IMG/VR virus record: IMGVR_UViG_3300024432_000267
Coordinates: 1-6,902 of that record
Reading direction: 5' to 3' (one strand)
DNA: 6,902 nucleotides
Positions 6,631 to 6,902 of the stretch are shown here, piece by piece (within the stretch, counting starts at the first letter, position 1; the number at the start of each line of letters is the position of its first letter). Under the pieces are notes generated by a model, which saw nothing but the letters and a program-made list of their open reading frames with translations, did not search any database and was not told where the DNA came from. Made by a program: the position numbers and the translations under genes.

Positions 6631-6656
6631 AAAAATAAAAAAATAAAGAATAAAAG
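6631..6656 (-). terminator. Oligo-T tract after the capsid gene, candidate archaeal-type partial terminator
   Basis: Minus strand CTTTTATTCTTTATTTTTTTATTTTT begins ~10 nt after the capsid stop and contains a T7 run with no hairpin. This is one of the few non-coding-looking gaps in the array. Confidence 0.45.
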
Positions 6657-6665
6657 ATTAAACAT

Positions 6666-6902
6666 TCAATCGCTTATTCTTGGTAAAAAATACATGGTAA
6701 TACTGATTACTGCCAAAATTGGCAATAATACAGTAAGCAAAGTCAAAACCGCTGGATCGCATACATCCGCTAAAGTTTGATTGTCAGCATTAATAATAAC
6801 ATCACCAGCTCCAGAGATTAATCCAATCGCAAGTGGTAAAATTGTTGCGATAACAATTAGACTAATTGCGATAAGAATTACTTGCTTAACATTAGCTCCC
6901 AT
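6666..6902 (-). CDS. Putative major capsid protein, spindle-shaped-virus type (two hydrophobic helices forming a hairpin)
   Basis: 78 aa. Helix 1 VILIAISLIVIATILPLAIGLI, a polar loop with an N-Q-T sequon, helix 2 AVLTLLTVLLPILAVISITMYFL, then a short charged tail (PRISD). The length, the Pro late in helix 1 (ILP), the loop sequon and the TLLxxxxP pattern recall mature SSV1 VP1. It is the first gene of the array and is GC-rich for this window (hand count 83/237, ~35%). The ATG is at the window edge, so an upstream extension cannot be excluded. Confidence 0.72.
   Translation of the reverse strand: MGANVKQVILIAISLIVIATILPLAIGLISGAGDVIINADNQTLADVCDPAVLTLLTVLLPILAVISITMYFLPRISD

Larger units (their letters stand above)
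1..6902 (-). mobile_element. Part of an archaeal virus/provirus genome: morphogenesis module of a probable spindle-shaped (wyrdvirus/fusellovirus/halspivirus-like) virus plus accessory genes
   Basis: Compact single-strand gene array with a hairpin capsid-like protein, a large anchored adhesin, several small membrane proteins and a Zot/pI-like ATPase. No housekeeping genes. Element boundaries are not in the window. Confidence 0.78.

Noticed and set aside
6618-6665. Track start at 6665 as an independent 62-aa gene
   Set aside because: The extension merely translates a T-tract, and ATG 6617 has an SD-like motif. It is retained only as a readthrough hypothesis.
1-6902. Genome-wide TGA reassignment (code 4 plectrovirus/Mollicutes or code 25)
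   Set aside because: The 798-aa and 237-aa ORFs contain several Trp and many Gly residues with no in-frame TGA. In DNA this AT-rich, a reassigned TGA would be used often.
1374-6902. Bacterial inovirus or pleolipovirus assignment
   Set aside because: The capsid candidate is a two-helix hairpin rather than a single-TM pVIII with a basic tail, and no secretin gene is present. The gene order does resemble pleolipoviruses, but the large protein looks like a LamG adhesin with three TMs rather than a single-anchor fusogen. These are less favoured, not formally excluded.
6666-6902. Type IV pilin/archaellin
   Set aside because: There is no class III signal peptide in the window and no soluble globular head domain; the second half of the protein is hydrophobic.
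1-6902. CRISPR array, tRNA/rRNA, att sites or long repeats
   Set aside because: None were seen by eye. Short AT-rich repeats are expected at this composition, and nearly all of the sequence is accounted for by coding frames.

Overview
This is a very AT-rich window in which every credible gene lies on the minus strand, packed head to tail with TAATG overlaps or gaps of a few nt. Read in transcription order (6902 to 1), it looks like the virion morphogenesis operon of an archaeal spindle-shaped virus or provirus. The order is: a 78-aa hydrophobic-hairpin capsid-like protein resembling mature fusellovirus VP1; a small membrane protein; an ~800-aa secreted, sequon-rich LamG/ConA-like adhesin with three C-terminal TM helices; four small polytopic membrane proteins, two of them clear tandem paralogs; a tail-anchored protein; a small helical protein; and a Zot/pI-like P-loop ATPase with no TM segment. 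An accessory block follows: two small ORFs missed by the ORF track, a DUF5658-like membrane protein, a class I SAM methyltransferase and an extremely AT-rich membrane ORF. An Asgard (Lokiarchaeia) host, i.e. a wyrdvirus-like virus, is my best inference but is not proven. No replication, integration, RNA or CRISPR features are visible. All family assignments come from reading motifs by eye, not from database searches.
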